DNA of 63,228 nucleotides, filler included, from Sandaracinaceae bacterium (lineage in GTDB: Bacteria; Myxococcota_A; Polyangia; Polyangiales; JADJQN01): NCBI GenBank assembly GCA_947483975.1. It is 11 parts of 11 records of this genome, joined end to end, with 100 filler letters (N's around TTAATTAATTAA, not from the genome) between each part and the next. Parts side by side here need not be neighbours in the genome. Positions count along the whole stretch, not along the records: positions 11,652 to 17,357 come from CANKOL010000338.1; positions 17,458 to 23,156 come from CANKOL010000339.1; positions 23,257 to 28,944 come from CANKOL010000340.1; 8 more parts are not named here. One strand, 5' to 3'. The notes below the pieces were generated by a model. The model was not told the origin of the DNA and ran no database searches. It saw nothing but the letters and a program-made list of their open reading frames with translations. Below, piece after piece: positions 11,697-23,916 of this stretch. The position numbers and the translations under genes are program-made. Every line of letters starts with the position of its first letter. Within the stretch, counting starts at the first letter, position 1.

Positions 11697-13757
11697 CTAG
11701 AACGCGAGGGCGCCGGGCAAGCGGGGCTCGGGGACCGGCAAGGTCGCGCCGTCGACCGCGCGCTCGTTGCGCTCGAAGACGACCTCGGTCGTCAAGCGCA
11801 CGAAGTCGAAGCCCGGCGTCTGCACGTTCGCGCCGATGGGGTTGTCCGTGATGCGACCGCGCGCGAGGTCCGCGACGCCGCCCGCGAGCTGCACGCCCGC
11901 GAGCGCGCAGTGCGCGATCGAGAAGCCCGCGACGTGCAGCTCGGCGCCCTCGACGTACGCGCCGAGGCCGATGCCGGAGGGCTTGTCGGAGCAGGTCGTC
12001 GCGGCGCAGGCGCTGTCCCGCACGCCCTCGATGACGAGCCCGTCGGCGGTGAAACGCGCGGCGGCGCCGTCGGCCGCGACGCCGAGCTGACGCACGTCGC
12101 GCACGATGGCGCGCGTCACGCTCACGGTGGCGCCTTGCGCGTAGAGCCCGACGCCGCCCGAGCCGCGCGCGCGCTCCGAGTCGACCTCCTCGACGCGCAG
12201 GTCTTCGGCGTCGAGCCGCGCGGCCGAGGCGACCATCACGCCGACGTCGAGCACGCGCGCGACGTGCGCACGGCGCAGCGTGAGGCGCGCGGACTCGGTG
12301 ACCGAGACGCCGTGCCCGAGGCGCCCGGTGGAGTCGCCGTGCAGGTCGACGACGGTGACGTCTTCAAGCTCGCCGCGTGTGCCTTCGGTCGCGACGAACA
12401 CGCCGAGCTCGTCGGTGTCGGCCACGTAGAGCCGGTGTCCGGTGACCGCGGCGCCCCACTGCGCCTGCAAGCCGCGCCCGCCGCCGCCGGCGGCGTTGGG
12501 GGTCACCCGGCGGATGACGACGTCGTCGAGCGTCAGCGCGTCCCCGGGCGGGTCTGCGGGCGCCGTCGCGTGGACGCCGAGCTCGTGCGCGCCGTCGACG
12601 AGCACGCGCGTCGCGCGGATCGCACCGCCAGCTTGCGCGTGCATTCCGCGGCCGAAGTCACCGTTCGCGCCGAGCTGCGTGTCGCGGATCACGACGTCGG
12701 TCAGCGTCGCGACCGCCCCCCGCGCCGCCGAGAACACGCCGTATTCCGCGTCGTCGTCGAGCAGCGCGCGCGTGACGGTCAGCCGCGCGCCCTCCTCGAC
12801 GTCGAGCGCCCGCCCGTAGAGGCCCTCGGGCGTTGGGCGCGTGCCGGTGATGCGCGTGTCCTCGAGCGTGATGCTCGAGCCCGAGTCGATCGCCATCACG
12901 GCGATGTCCTGATGGCCGCTGACGACGAAGCCTGTCAGCGCGAGGCCGCCGCCCTGCTCCGCGAAGACGGCGCGCCCGAAGCCGCCGACGACCTGCGTGT
13001 CCTGCACGACGACGCGCCGACCTGTGATCTGCCCGCCGAGGAGCGGATAGAGCGCGACGAACGAGGCGCGGTCGACGAGCACGTCCTCGAGGTCGAAGAC
13101 GCCCGTGTCGAGCACGGTGACCGCGGGGCTCGCGCCCGTGAGCGTCAGGCGACGCAGCTCGATGCGACCGCCTGCGCCGCCGACGATCGCCAGCTCCGTC
13201 GAGGGCGCGGGCGCCTCGAGGACCGTCTCTTCGACGCACGCGCCGAGCAGCGTCAGGTCCTTTCGCGGAAACGCCACGGCCTCGCGGTAGGTGCCCTTCG
13301 CGAGCGCGAGCAGGGCGCCCGTCGGCGCGAGCCGCGCGGCTTGCGCGAGCGACGAGTAAGGGCGCGCGCGCGTCCCGACGCCGCTCAGGTCCGCGCTCGG
13401 CAGGACGAAGCGCACGTCGCGGTCGGTGGGTAGGTCCTCGGCGTAGTCGCCCGCTGGGCATACCGCCCCGAGGTGCACGCAGCCTGCGCCGCCGGGGAAG
13501 TGCGCCGAGCCGGGCGCGCAAGCCTCCGGGCCCGCTTCGCCGTAGGGCTCGCAGGTCGCGGGGGCGTTGGGTCCAGCGGGGGGCACCTCGCGCCAGCCGG
13601 GCGGGCACGGCGTGAGCACCGGCAGCGCGGGCGGCGCGACCGTGACGCCAGCGTCGGCGACGAGGCCGGCGTCGGGCGCGCTCGCGTCGTCGTCACCGCA
13701 GGCGGCAAACGACGAAACCAGCGCAAAGAGCAGAAAATACGAAGAGCGAGGAGCCAC
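11697..13757 (-). CDS. Lipoprotein with Cys-rich N-terminus and right-handed parallel beta-helix repeats
   Basis: FAACGDDD lipobox, CPPGW..C..C motifs, GTRARPY..LAQA..LAKGTY and repeated xGRGLxxQxGxxxxxxR turns. Confidence 0.75.
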   Translation of the reverse strand: MAPRSSYFLLFALVSSFAACGDDDASAPDAGLVADAGVTVAPPALPVLTPCPPGWREVPPAGPNAPATCEPYGEAGPEACAPGSAHFPGGAGCVHLGAVCPAGDYAEDLPTDRDVRFVLPSADLSGVGTRARPYSSLAQAARLAPTGALLALAKGTYREAVAFPRKDLTLLGACVEETVLEAPAPSTELAIVGGAGGRIELRRLTLTGASPAVTVLDTGVFDLEDVLVDRASFVALYPLLGGQITGRRVVVQDTQVVGGFGRAVFAEQGGGLALTGFVVSGHQDIAVMAIDSGSSITLEDTRITGTRPTPEGLYGRALDVEEGARLTVTRALLDDDAEYGVFSAARGAVATLTDVVIRDTQLGANGDFGRGMHAQAGGAIRATRVLVDGAHELGVHATAPADPPGDALTLDDVVIRRVTPNAAGGGGRGLQAQWGAAVTGHRLYVADTDELGVFVATEGTRGELEDVTVVDLHGDSTGRLGHGVSVTESARLTLRRAHVARVLDVGVMVASAARLDAEDLRVEEVDSERARGSGGVGLYAQGATVSVTRAIVRDVRQLGVAADGAAARFTADGLVIEGVRDSACAATTCSDKPSGIGLGAYVEGAELHVAGFSIAHCALAGVQLAGGVADLARGRITDNPIGANVQTPGFDFVRLTTEVVFERNERAVDGATLPVPEPRLPGALAF

Positions 13758-13840
13758 GACGCGCGAGCGTCCCAGAGCCTGCCTACGACGGCAAACGGGC
13801 GCGACGCACGAGGCGTCACGCCCGCCTTGCCGGGTGCTGC

Positions 13841-15661
<1,821 letters not shown>

Positions 15662-15757
15662 GTGAGGGCGCGAGGGGTGACACGAGGGCCTCGCCGGAGC
15701 AACCGGAGGCCCGCCGTGACAGGCGCGCGTTCATGCGATAGTGGGGCGCGCAACCCC

Positions 15758-17357
15758 GTGACCGACGCCATCGGAGACACCCGCGCGGACCCGGACGACG
15801 CCGCGCCGGGCGAGATCGAGCCGGTGCCCGAGCGTGACCGCGACTCGGAGGCGCCGAGGCGTCGCGTGGGGCCTTTCGCCATCCTGCAGAAGCTCGGCGG
15901 CGGCGGCATGGGCGTCGTCTACGAGGGCGTCGACGAACACGGACAGCGCGCCGCCGTCAAGGTGCTGCGCTCCGCGCTGGCGAGCGACGAGGCCGTGCAG
16001 CGGTTCGCGCGCGAGGCGACCCTGCGCTTCGAGCACCCGAACATCGTCAAGGTGCTCAGCGCTGGCGCCGACGCGGAGGGGACGCCGTACATCGCGTTCG
16101 AGCGCCTCGAGGGGGAGACGCTCGAGGCGCGGCTCGCCCTCGGCCGCCTGCCCGCGAAGGTCGCGGTCGACTTCGCGCTGCAGACCGCGGCGGGGCTCGC
16201 GGCGGCGCACGCCGCGGGCGTCGTGCACCGGGACCTCAAGCCCGCGAACCTGTTCCTGACGCGGGCGGCGCAGGGCGGCGGGCACGTCGTGAAGATCCTC
16301 GACTTCGGGATCGCTCGCGTCGCGGACCCGGCGGCGCTCTCCTCGGGCGACCGACTGACCGCGACGGGCACCGTCGTCGGCACGCCCTCGTACCTCTCGC
16401 CGGAGCAGGCGCAGGGCGGCCCGCGCGTCGACGCGCGCACCGATGTTTGGTCGCTCGGCGTGGTGCTGCACGAGATGCTCGCGGGGCGGGCGCCGTTCGA
16501 CCGCGACACGGCGCTCGCGACGATGCTCGCGGTGCTGATGGAGCAACCGCCGCCGCTCTCCATGCTCGTCGCGGGCGTGCCGCGCGCGCTCTCGGACGTG
16601 GTCGAGAGGTGCCTCGCGAAGCGCCGCGAGGACCGCTACTCGAGCGCTTCGGAGGTGGAGGCGGCGCTGCGGGCGCTCGACCTGTCGAGCATGCCGGCGC
16701 ACGCCGGCGGACCGCTCGGCCACACGGCGTCTGCCCTCGAGGCGGTCGCCACGACCATCTCGCCCGGAGAGCAGCGCCTCGTCACGCTGCTGCTCGCGGA
16801 GGGGGTGCGCGAGCGCGGCGCCGTCGAGCGCGCGGTGCTCGAGCACGGCGGGGTCGTGCTCGCGGCGGGCGGCGGCAAGCGCGTCGTCGGCCTCTTCGGC
16901 GGGGAGCGCTGGGAGGGCGACGAGGTCGAGCGCGCGACCCAGGCGGCGGTCGCTGCGCGGTCGGCGGTCGGGAGCATGGCCGTCGCGTCGGGGCGCGCGA
17001 GCTACAGCGGTTCGACCGGCATCGCCGGGACGGTGCTGCGGACAGCCGAGGCCGGCTGCGCGCTGGGCCTGAACGGTATCGCACTAGACACCGAGACGGC
17101 GCGCGCGCTGTCGGGTGCGCGGGCCGCTGGGATTCGGGAGCTCGGCGGCGCTTTCTTCGAGTGGAGTGAGCCCCAGCGGGTCGGCTTGCCCTCCATGACG
17201 CCCGCGGCGGCGGCGCACCCGACCCTCGGGCGCGAGATCGAGCTCAGTCAGCTTCGCATCACGATGGATACCTCGCGCGACGAGCGGCGCGCGGTCGGCG
17301 CGCTCGTGCTCGGCCCGCCCGGCATCGGCAAGTCGCGCCTGGTCGCGGAGGCGCGCC
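15758..17357 (+). CDS. Hanks-type Ser/Thr kinase fused to a degenerate cyclase-like domain and an AAA/NTPase (3' truncated)
   Basis: LGGGGMGVVY, AVKVL, HRDLKPAN, DFGIA and GTPSYLSPEQ, then EQRLVTLL and Walker A GPPGIGKSRL. Confidence 0.92.
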
Positions 17358-17478
17358 NNNNNNNNNNNNNNNNNNNNNNNNNNNNNNNNNNNNNNNNNNN
17401 NTTAATTAATTAANNNNNNNNNNNNNNNNNNNNNNNNNNNNNNNNNNNNNNNNNNNNCGCCGCGGCCTGCCCGTCAGC

Positions 17479-18663
17479 TCACTCCGTCGCCGTCGGCAGC
17501 GTGATGTGGAGCAGGCGCTCGGCGTTGCCGTGATAGAGCTTCTCGAGCACCACGCGGGGCAGGCCGATGCCGTCGATGGTCCAGTCGCCCTGGATCGGCG
17601 TCGGGCTCGCGAGGTGCCGCTCGTCGGTCTCGTAGTAGCGCCACTGCGCGAGGAAGAACTCGGGCACGCGGGCCGGCGGGTCGTACGCCTCGCCGCGCGA
17701 GCCGAGCACCAGGCCGTCCGGGGTCACGGCGGTGTCGGAGCCGAAGAGGATGCGGTCCTGCCACTTGACGAAGAACGCGTGCATCGGGACGGCGGGCTGT
17801 CGGCCGATCTCGGGCACGCGCGCGGCGGTGTCGAGGTAGTAGTTCGGGGCGCGCTCGAGCATCGAGGCGACGCGGCGCGGGTCCTCGGGCGAGTTGCCGA
17901 AGTGCGTCCCGATGATCGTCGTGTGCGGGTGCCGGAGCACGCGCCGCTCGAACTGCGTGAACACTTGCTCCCAGGTCGGCCAGGCGTGACCGGGGGAGTA
18001 CTCGCCGAAGAAGCTCCACTCGGGGTGCGCGGCAAGCTCCGCGTGCCGCTCGTTCTGCGGGCCGTCCGCGCGGAAGAACGCCACCGGGTCGCCCGCGTGC
18101 ATCAGGATCGGCAGGCCGAGGCTGCCGCAGGTGTCGAAGACGATGTCGAGGCGCGGGTCGTCGATGGCGAGCAGGTTGCCGTCCGAGGTCCGCACGCCGA
18201 GGCCGAGCGCCTTGTAGATCTTCAGGCCGCGGGCGCCCGAGCGCTTGCAGGTCTCGAGCGTCTCGGCGACGTAGGCGGGCCACTCCGGGTCCTCGACGCG
18301 CGCGAACGAGAGGTTGCACCAGAAGAGCAGGCGCCCGCCCGTCTGCCCGGCGACCTCCTGGGAGAGCTCGAGCCCTTGGCTCGGCGCGCCGCCTGAGGCG
18401 TTGACCGCGACCTCGATGCCGTTCTCGCGGAACAGGCTCACGGCGCGCGCGGCGAGGCGAGGCGCGATGTGCACGTGGATGTCGATCTTCGGGATGTCCG
18501 TGCCGACGCGCGGGGCATCGGGCCCGGACGCGCGGGCGCTCGGCGCGGTGCCGTGCTTGGGCGCGCGCAGCGCCACGAAGGCGGCGATGGAGCCCGCCAG
18601 CAGCACCAGCACCCACGGCAGGATGCGGAGATAAGTCCGCGAAATCGCTGTTGACCTCGTCAT
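17479..18663 (-). CDS. Amidohydrolase-family (Amidohydro_2-like) metal-dependent hydrolase with N-terminal membrane anchor
   Basis: IDIHVH, GLKIYK, LMHAGDP, GTHFG and ILFGSD motifs. Confidence 0.85.
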   Translation of the reverse strand: MTRSTAISRTYLRILPWVLVLLAGSIAAFVALRAPKHGTAPSARASGPDAPRVGTDIPKIDIHVHIAPRLAARAVSLFRENGIEVAVNASGGAPSQGLELSQEVAGQTGGRLLFWCNLSFARVEDPEWPAYVAETLETCKRSGARGLKIYKALGLGVRTSDGNLLAIDDPRLDIVFDTCGSLGLPILMHAGDPVAFFRADGPQNERHAELAAHPEWSFFGEYSPGHAWPTWEQVFTQFERRVLRHPHTTIIGTHFGNSPEDPRRVASMLERAPNYYLDTAARVPEIGRQPAVPMHAFFVKWQDRILFGSDTAVTPDGLVLGSRGEAYDPPARVPEFFLAQWRYYETDERHLASPTPIQGDWTIDGIGLPRVVLEKLYHGNAERLLHITLPTATE

Positions 18664-18706
18664 GACCCCGAATATACTCGCGGCAGCTTCCGGGCGGGGA
18701 GGATTC

Positions 18707-19054
18707 ATGACGAAGTCGGAGCTGATCGACGCGGTCGCGCGGCGCAGCAAGATCACCAAGAGCCGCGCCGAGGAAGTCGTCAATTGCGTCTTCGACTCGA
18801 TGACCAAGGCCCTCGAGCGGGGTGAGGGCATCGAGATCCGGGGCTTTGGCAGCTTCACCGTTCGGCAATACAAGCCGTACAACGGCCGCAACCCGCGCAC
18901 CGGCAAGAGCGTCCCCGTCCCCGAGAAGCGCCTCCCGTTCTTCAAGGTCGGCAAGGAGCTCAAGGAGCTCGTCAACGACGGCACCGGGACCATCGAGCTC
19001 GACGACGAGGACGACGCGGACGGGGACCTCGACGGCGACGACACCGACGACTGA
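18707..19054 (+). CDS. HU/IHF-family DNA-binding protein (IHF-beta-like) with acidic tail
   Basis: MTKSELID, IEIRGFGSF, GRNPRTG, PFFKVGKELKE. Confidence 0.93.
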   Translation: MTKSELIDAVARRSKITKSRAEEVVNCVFDSMTKALERGEGIEIRGFGSFTVRQYKPYNGRNPRTGKSVPVPEKRLPFFKVGKELKELVNDGTGTIELDDEDDADGDLDGDDTDD

Positions 19055-19132
19055 GCCCGGCGGGGCCTGACGCCCGCCCTACGCAGGGCAGGGGCTCGTC
19101 CCTGACCGCACCGAACCGAACGGCGAGACCAC

Positions 19133-20371
19133 GTGGCTTTTCTACCTGCCGAAGAACAGCTCGCGCTCCTCGAGCGCGGCACAGTCGACCTCCACGTCCG
19201 GGCTGAGCTGCTCGCGCTGCTGCGCAAGGGCACGCCGCTCAAGGTGAAGGCGGGCTTCGACCCGACGCGCCCCGACCTGCACCTCGGGCACACCGTCTTG
19301 ATGAACAAGATGCGTCAGTTCCAGGAGCTGGGGCACGAGGTCATCTTCGTCGTCGGGGACTTCACCGCGCAGATCGGCGACCCGTCGGGGCGCAGCGCGA
19401 CGCGCAAGGTGCCGACGCGCGACGAGATCGAGGCGGGCGCCAAGAGCTACGCGGAGCAAGCCTTCAAGATCCTCGACCCCGAGCGCACGCGCGTCGTGTT
19501 CAACGCGAGCTGGCTCGGCAAGATGGGCTTCGACGAGGTCATCCGGCTCGCCGGGCGCTACACGCTCGCGCGGATGATGGAGCGCGACGACTTCAAGACG
19601 CGCTGGTCCGAGCACGTCAGCATCTCCATTCACGAGCTGCTCTATCCGCTCGCGCAGGCGCAGGACTCGGTGCAGCTCGACTGCGACATCGAGCTCGGCG
19701 GCACCGATCAGCTCTTCAACCTGATGGTCGGGCGCGACGTGATGCGCGAGGTCGGGCTGCGCCCGCAGTGCGTGATGACGACGCCGATCCTCGAGGGCAC
19801 GAGCGCGCGGCTCGAGGGCGGCAAGCTCGTCGGCGACAAGATGTCGAAGTCGCTCGACAACTACGTCGGCGTCTCCGAGGCGCCGGGGATGCAGCTCGGC
19901 AAGCTGATGAGCATCTCGGATGAGCTGATGTGGCGCTACTACGAGCTGCTCTCGACGCGCGCGCCGAGCGAGGTCGCCGCGTGGAAGGCGGAGTGCGCGT
20001 CGGGCGCGATGAGCCCGAAGGCGGCGAAGCTCGCGCTCGCGTCCGAGCTCGTCGACCGCTACCACGGGGCGGGCGCCGGGGCGGCGGCGGTCGAGGGCTG
20101 GGAGCGGCAGTTCAGCCGTCGGGAGATGCCGACGGATATCCCCGAGATCACGGTGGATTCTGCCGGCGCAGAGGGCGGGCTGCACCTGCCGCGCGCGATC
20201 GTCTCGGCGGGGCTGGCCAAGAGCACGAGCGACGCGCGGCGGCTGATCCAGGCGGGCGCCGTGGACGTGGACGGCGAGCGGGTGTCGAACGTCGACGCGA
20301 AGCTCGCGGCGGGCGGGCGCTACGTCGTCAAAGCCGGCAAGCGCGCTTGGGCGGCGATCACGGTGACGTGA
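19133..20371 (+). CDS. tyrS: Tyrosine--tRNA ligase
   Basis: GFDPTRPDLHLGH, ELGGTDQLFN, KMSKS and a C-terminal S4 domain. Confidence 0.96.
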   Translation: MAFLPAEEQLALLERGTVDLHVRAELLALLRKGTPLKVKAGFDPTRPDLHLGHTVLMNKMRQFQELGHEVIFVVGDFTAQIGDPSGRSATRKVPTRDEIEAGAKSYAEQAFKILDPERTRVVFNASWLGKMGFDEVIRLAGRYTLARMMERDDFKTRWSEHVSISIHELLYPLAQAQDSVQLDCDIELGGTDQLFNLMVGRDVMREVGLRPQCVMTTPILEGTSARLEGGKLVGDKMSKSLDNYVGVSEAPGMQLGKLMSISDELMWRYYELLSTRAPSEVAAWKAECASGAMSPKAAKLALASELVDRYHGAGAGAAAVEGWERQFSRREMPTDIPEITVDSAGAEGGLHLPRAIVSAGLAKSTSDARRLIQAGAVDVDGERVSNVDAKLAAGGRYVVKAGKRAWAAITVT

Positions 20372-21320
20372 GGGACGCTGCGGGCTGAGCCGCGACCTCA
20401 GCGGCGCGCAGCGTCGCGCGCTGAGCGGCGCGCCGGGCAGACCAAGACGCGATGGCGACGCCGGTGAGGATGACGGCGGAGCCGATGACCGTCAGGCCGC
20501 CGATGTGCTCGCCGCCGAACGCCGCGCCGATCAGCAGCGCGACGGCGGGGTTGACGTAGGCGTAGCTCGTCGCGAGGGCAGGGCGCGTCGTGCGGAGCAA
20601 GAACGCGTAGGCGCTGAAGCCGATGAGCGAGCCGAGCACGACGAGGTAGGCGATGGCGCCCCAGGCGCGCGGCGTGATGTGCGCCGCGACGTGCTCGCCG
20701 CGGAGCAGGGCGATGGCGCCCATGACGAGGCTGCCCGTCAGCATCTGCGTCGCGGAGGTCATCGCGGAGGTCGACGGCAGCGGCAGCCGGCGGCTCCAGA
20801 CCGAGCCGAGCGCCCACGCCATCGGCGAGAGGATCAGCGCGGCGGCCATCCAGCCGCTCGCGGACAGCTCGCCGTTGCCGTTCAGCAGCGCGACGCCGCC
20901 GAAGCCGACGAAGAGCCCCGCCCACTCGCCGAGCGACGGGCGCTCTCGCCAGAGGAGCGCGAAGAGCGCGGCGAAGAGCGGCATCGTCGCGACGACCACC
21001 GCGGCGAGCCCGGAGCTGACCGACTGCTCGGCGAGGGAGATGCCGCCGTTGCCGCCCGCGAAGAGGAGCGACCCGACGAGCGCCGCCGCGCCCCACTGCC
21101 GCGCGCTCGGCCACGGGGCGCCGCGCAGGCGCGCGAAGACGAAGAGCAGCCCGCCCGAGAGCACGAAGCGGAGCGCGCCCATCAGGAACGGCGGGAAGCA
21201 CTCGAGCGCGACGCGCATCGCGAAGTACGTCGAGCCCCAGATCAGGTAGAGCGAGACGAGCGCGGAGCCGACGGCGAGCGGGCTCGGGAGGGGAGGCGCA
21301 GCGGGCGGCTTGGAGGTCAC
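20358..21320 (-). CDS. EamA/DMT drug-metabolite transporter (YedA-like)
   Basis: LYLIWGSTY, PPFLMGALRF, SYAYVNPAVA and about 10 hydrophobic segments. Confidence 0.9.
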   Translation of the reverse strand: MTSKPPAAPPLPSPLAVGSALVSLYLIWGSTYFAMRVALECFPPFLMGALRFVLSGGLLFVFARLRGAPWPSARQWGAAALVGSLLFAGGNGGISLAEQSVSSGLAAVVVATMPLFAALFALLWRERPSLGEWAGLFVGFGGVALLNGNGELSASGWMAAALILSPMAWALGSVWSRRLPLPSTSAMTSATQMLTGSLVMGAIALLRGEHVAAHITPRAWGAIAYLVVLGSLIGFSAYAFLLRTTRPALATSYAYVNPAVALLIGAAFGGEHIGGLTVIGSAVILTGVAIASWSARRAAQRATLRAAEVAAQPAASLTSP

Positions 21321-22183
21321 TCGCCGCGCCGCAGTCGCTCGAGCTCGGCGCGCATCGCGGAGAGCTCTGCCGCGAGCCCGTCGGCGCGCGCTGCCTCTGC
21401 GTGTGCGCGCTCGGTCTCTGCGCGTGCGCGCTCGGTCTCTGCGCGTGCGCGCTCTGCCTCTGCGCGTGCGCGCTCTGCTTCGGCCTCCACGCGCGCCTCG
21501 GCGTGCTGGCGCACCTCCTCGACGAGGAGCTCGAGCTTGGCGGCGAGGTCCCGGGGGGCGAGCAGCTCTGCGCTCGCGTGATAGAAGCGCAGCCGGCCCG
21601 CCTCGAGCACGAGATCGAGGCCGAGCGCGGCGCTGGGATAGCGCCCCACCTGCGGCACGATGGGCACGTAGGTGCGCGCGTCGGGGCTCGGCAGGCGGTA
21701 GCCGAAGAGGCGCACCTGCGCTCGATCGAAGATGAAGTACTCCGGGATCCCGAGCGCCGCGTAGCGCGCGACGTTGTCGATGGAGTCCTTCTTGCGGTCG
21801 CCGCCGACGTGCACCTCCATCACCCAGTCGAGGCCCTTGCCCTCGGCGCTGACGACCCACTTCATGCGGTCGTGCACGGGCACGTCGCGCACGGCGAGCA
21901 CGTCCGGCGCGAAGCGCGGCTGCCCGGGGTAGTAGACGGTCAGCTCGGCGGCGATGTAGACGCGCTGCCCGAGGCGCGAGAACCACGTGCGCAGCGTCTC
22001 GCGCACGTCGTTCTTGCCGTCGTAGTGCAGGTCCCCCTCGGGCGGCGAAGCCTCGGCGTCGGTCATGCTCGCGGGCAGGTCCGCGACCACCCGTGCGCGC
22101 GCCTCGGGCGAGAGCGCGGCCCACTCGGTCTCGGTCGGCGCCATCGGATAGGCGCTCGGCGCGGTGGGCTGCACGGGCTGCAT
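21317..22183 (-). CDS. Uma2-family (PD-(D/E)xK) endonuclease with coiled-coil repeat tail
   Basis: PEGDLH, FAPDV, VMEV, YAALGIPEYFIFD; tail of (RARAEAE/RARAETE)n encoded by 21-bp repeats. Confidence 0.9.
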   Translation of the reverse strand: MQPVQPTAPSAYPMAPTETEWAALSPEARARVVADLPASMTDAEASPPEGDLHYDGKNDVRETLRTWFSRLGQRVYIAAELTVYYPGQPRFAPDVLAVRDVPVHDRMKWVVSAEGKGLDWVMEVHVGGDRKKDSIDNVARYAALGIPEYFIFDRAQVRLFGYRLPSPDARTYVPIVPQVGRYPSAALGLDLVLEAGRLRFYHASAELLAPRDLAAKLELLVEEVRQHAEARVEAEAERARAEAERARAETERARAETERAHAEAARADGLAAELSAMRAELERLRRGE

Positions 22184-22271
22184 CGCGGCCAAGTATACAC
22201 GCGCGGCGGCGGGGCTCGCGGGCGGCGCGCTGACTCTTGTCCCCCCCCCACCCGTGATACTCGCGTTCTCC

Positions 22272-23156
22272 ATGAGCAGACTTGCCCCTGAGTCGTTGGT
22301 CGGTTGCCTCGGTTTCGCCGCCGCCTTGAGCGTGTTCACCGTGGCTGCGTGCGGTGGGGATGGGCCGCCCGCCGGGTGCCCCGCAGGCTCGGCGCGCGTC
22401 GGGGGCGCGTGCGTCTCGGACGACGGCGGAGCGCCGCGGGACGCCGGGAGCGATGCGCCGATGGTGGACGCGGGCGTCGATGAGGGGGTGGAGCCACCGG
22501 ATGGGGGCGTGTGCGTCCCGGGGAGCGCCGACCCGCTCGACGCCGAGGGCTTCGACGCGAACTGCGACGGCGTCGACGGCATCCTCGAGGAGCAGGTCTA
22601 CGTCTCGGTGGACGGCGTCTTTGGCAACTCCGGGCTGACGCCCGACGCGCCTGTGGCGAGCCTCCGCTCGGCGCTCGTCATCGCGAACACCGCGCGGCGG
22701 TCGGTCATCCTCGTGGGCGCGGGCGCCTTCGTGGAGAACGTCGAGCCGCTCGACTTCCGCGACCTCGCGCACGTGATCGCGGGCGGCTACGGCGCCGGGT
22801 TCGTCGGCCCGCGGACGACCTCGACGGTGACCGTGGACTGGTCCCTGATGGTGGCCGCGGGCTTCGCGCGGACGGTCTCGCGCGTCGAGCTTCACCTCAC
22901 GGGAACGCGCAGCGCGGCGGCCATCGTCGTCGCGGGGAGCGCGCAGCTGCGCGTCGAGGACTGCACGATCACGACCGACGGTGCGCGCGCGGGTACGGCG
23001 GGCGCTGACGGCTGGAGCTCGACCGAGGTGTTCCGGCAGCCGACGGGGTCGCAGACCGCGGTGTCGGCGACGGGGCTCGTCACCTCGGGCCCGGCGCCCG
23101 CCACGCCCGCGACCGCGAACTCCTGCGGCGTCGTGACGCGGGGCGGCGCAGGTGGC
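22272..23156 (+). CDS. Lipoprotein with MopE-like Cys/Asp metal-binding motif and Gly-rich region (3' truncated)
   Basis: VAACGGD lipobox, FDANCDGVDG, VYVS..G..GLTPDAPVASL. Confidence 0.65.
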
Positions 23157-23257
23157 NNNNNNNNNNNNNNNNNNNNNNNNNNNNNNNNNNNNNNNNNNNN
23201 TTAATTAATTAANNNNNNNNNNNNNNNNNNNNNNNNNNNNNNNNNNNNNNNNNNNNC

Positions 23258-23371
23258 GCGGAGCAGGGTCGCGGCGGCGGCAGCGCGACGCAGGCGCAGG
23301 GCAACGTGCCCGATGCGGCGGCGTTCACGCGCACCTTGCTGGCGTTGCGCGCGGCGCTCGGGTTGTCGTAG
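23258..23371 (+). CDS. C-terminal end of a DHHA1-domain protein (alanyl-tRNA editing-like), 5' truncated
   Basis: Manual translation AEQGRGGGSATQAQG...LGLS* matches the GxGGG...AQG DHHA1 terminus. Confidence 0.45.
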   Translation, partial: AEQGRGGGSATQAQGNVPDAAAFTRTLLALRAALGLS

Positions 23372-23374
23372 CGG

Positions 23375-23815
23375 CTAGTCCGCGGCCGCGGGCGTCGGCG
23401 GGCTCGTGGGCGCATCCGTCGACGCTGGCGCGCTCGAGGCGGGGTCGCTCGGCGGCGGATCGGCGAGCAAGGGTCTCTCGGGAGGCGTCGGGCGAGGGGC
23501 GCTCGTGCTTCCGCAGCGCGCCGAATAGCCCGTCGCGATCAGCTGCTCCGCGGCTGCCTCGGGCGACTCGAAGAGCGCGCCGTCGAGCTCGCCCTCGAGC
23601 CCCCAGCTGACGAAGTCGGTGTCGTAGCGGAGCTCGCGAGCTGCGCACTCGTCGATGCGCAGCGTCGTGCGAGCCGCGCCGCGCGACGCGTCGACGAGCA
23701 CGCGATGCCCGCGGATCGTCGAGGTGCGGATGGACGCAGCGCAGCCCGCGAGCGCGAGCAGCGCGACGAGAGCGAGGGAAACACCGCGCGGGCGAGGCGA
23801 GCCGGTCGTGCGCAT
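23375..23815 (-). CDS. Hypothetical lipoprotein
   Basis: Lipobox LAGC and a Pro/Ala-rich C-terminal tail. Confidence 0.55.
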   Translation of the reverse strand: MRTTGSPRPRGVSLALVALLALAGCAASIRTSTIRGHRVLVDASRGAARTTLRIDECAARELRYDTDFVSWGLEGELDGALFESPEAAAEQLIATGYSARCGSTSAPRPTPPERPLLADPPPSDPASSAPASTDAPTSPPTPAAAD

Positions 23816-23916
23816 GACGAGGTGTAGCGTATCAGCGGCGAGGAGCACCGTGCGGGGCTCATCACGCGGCGCGCGGCGGCGCGAACCGCCATCGCGGCGC
23901 CTGCTACGCTGCGCGC

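Noticed and set aside
21390..21485. 21-bp tandem repeats in the Uma2 gene
   Set aside because: They encode the ordinary heptad coiled-coil tail common in this family.
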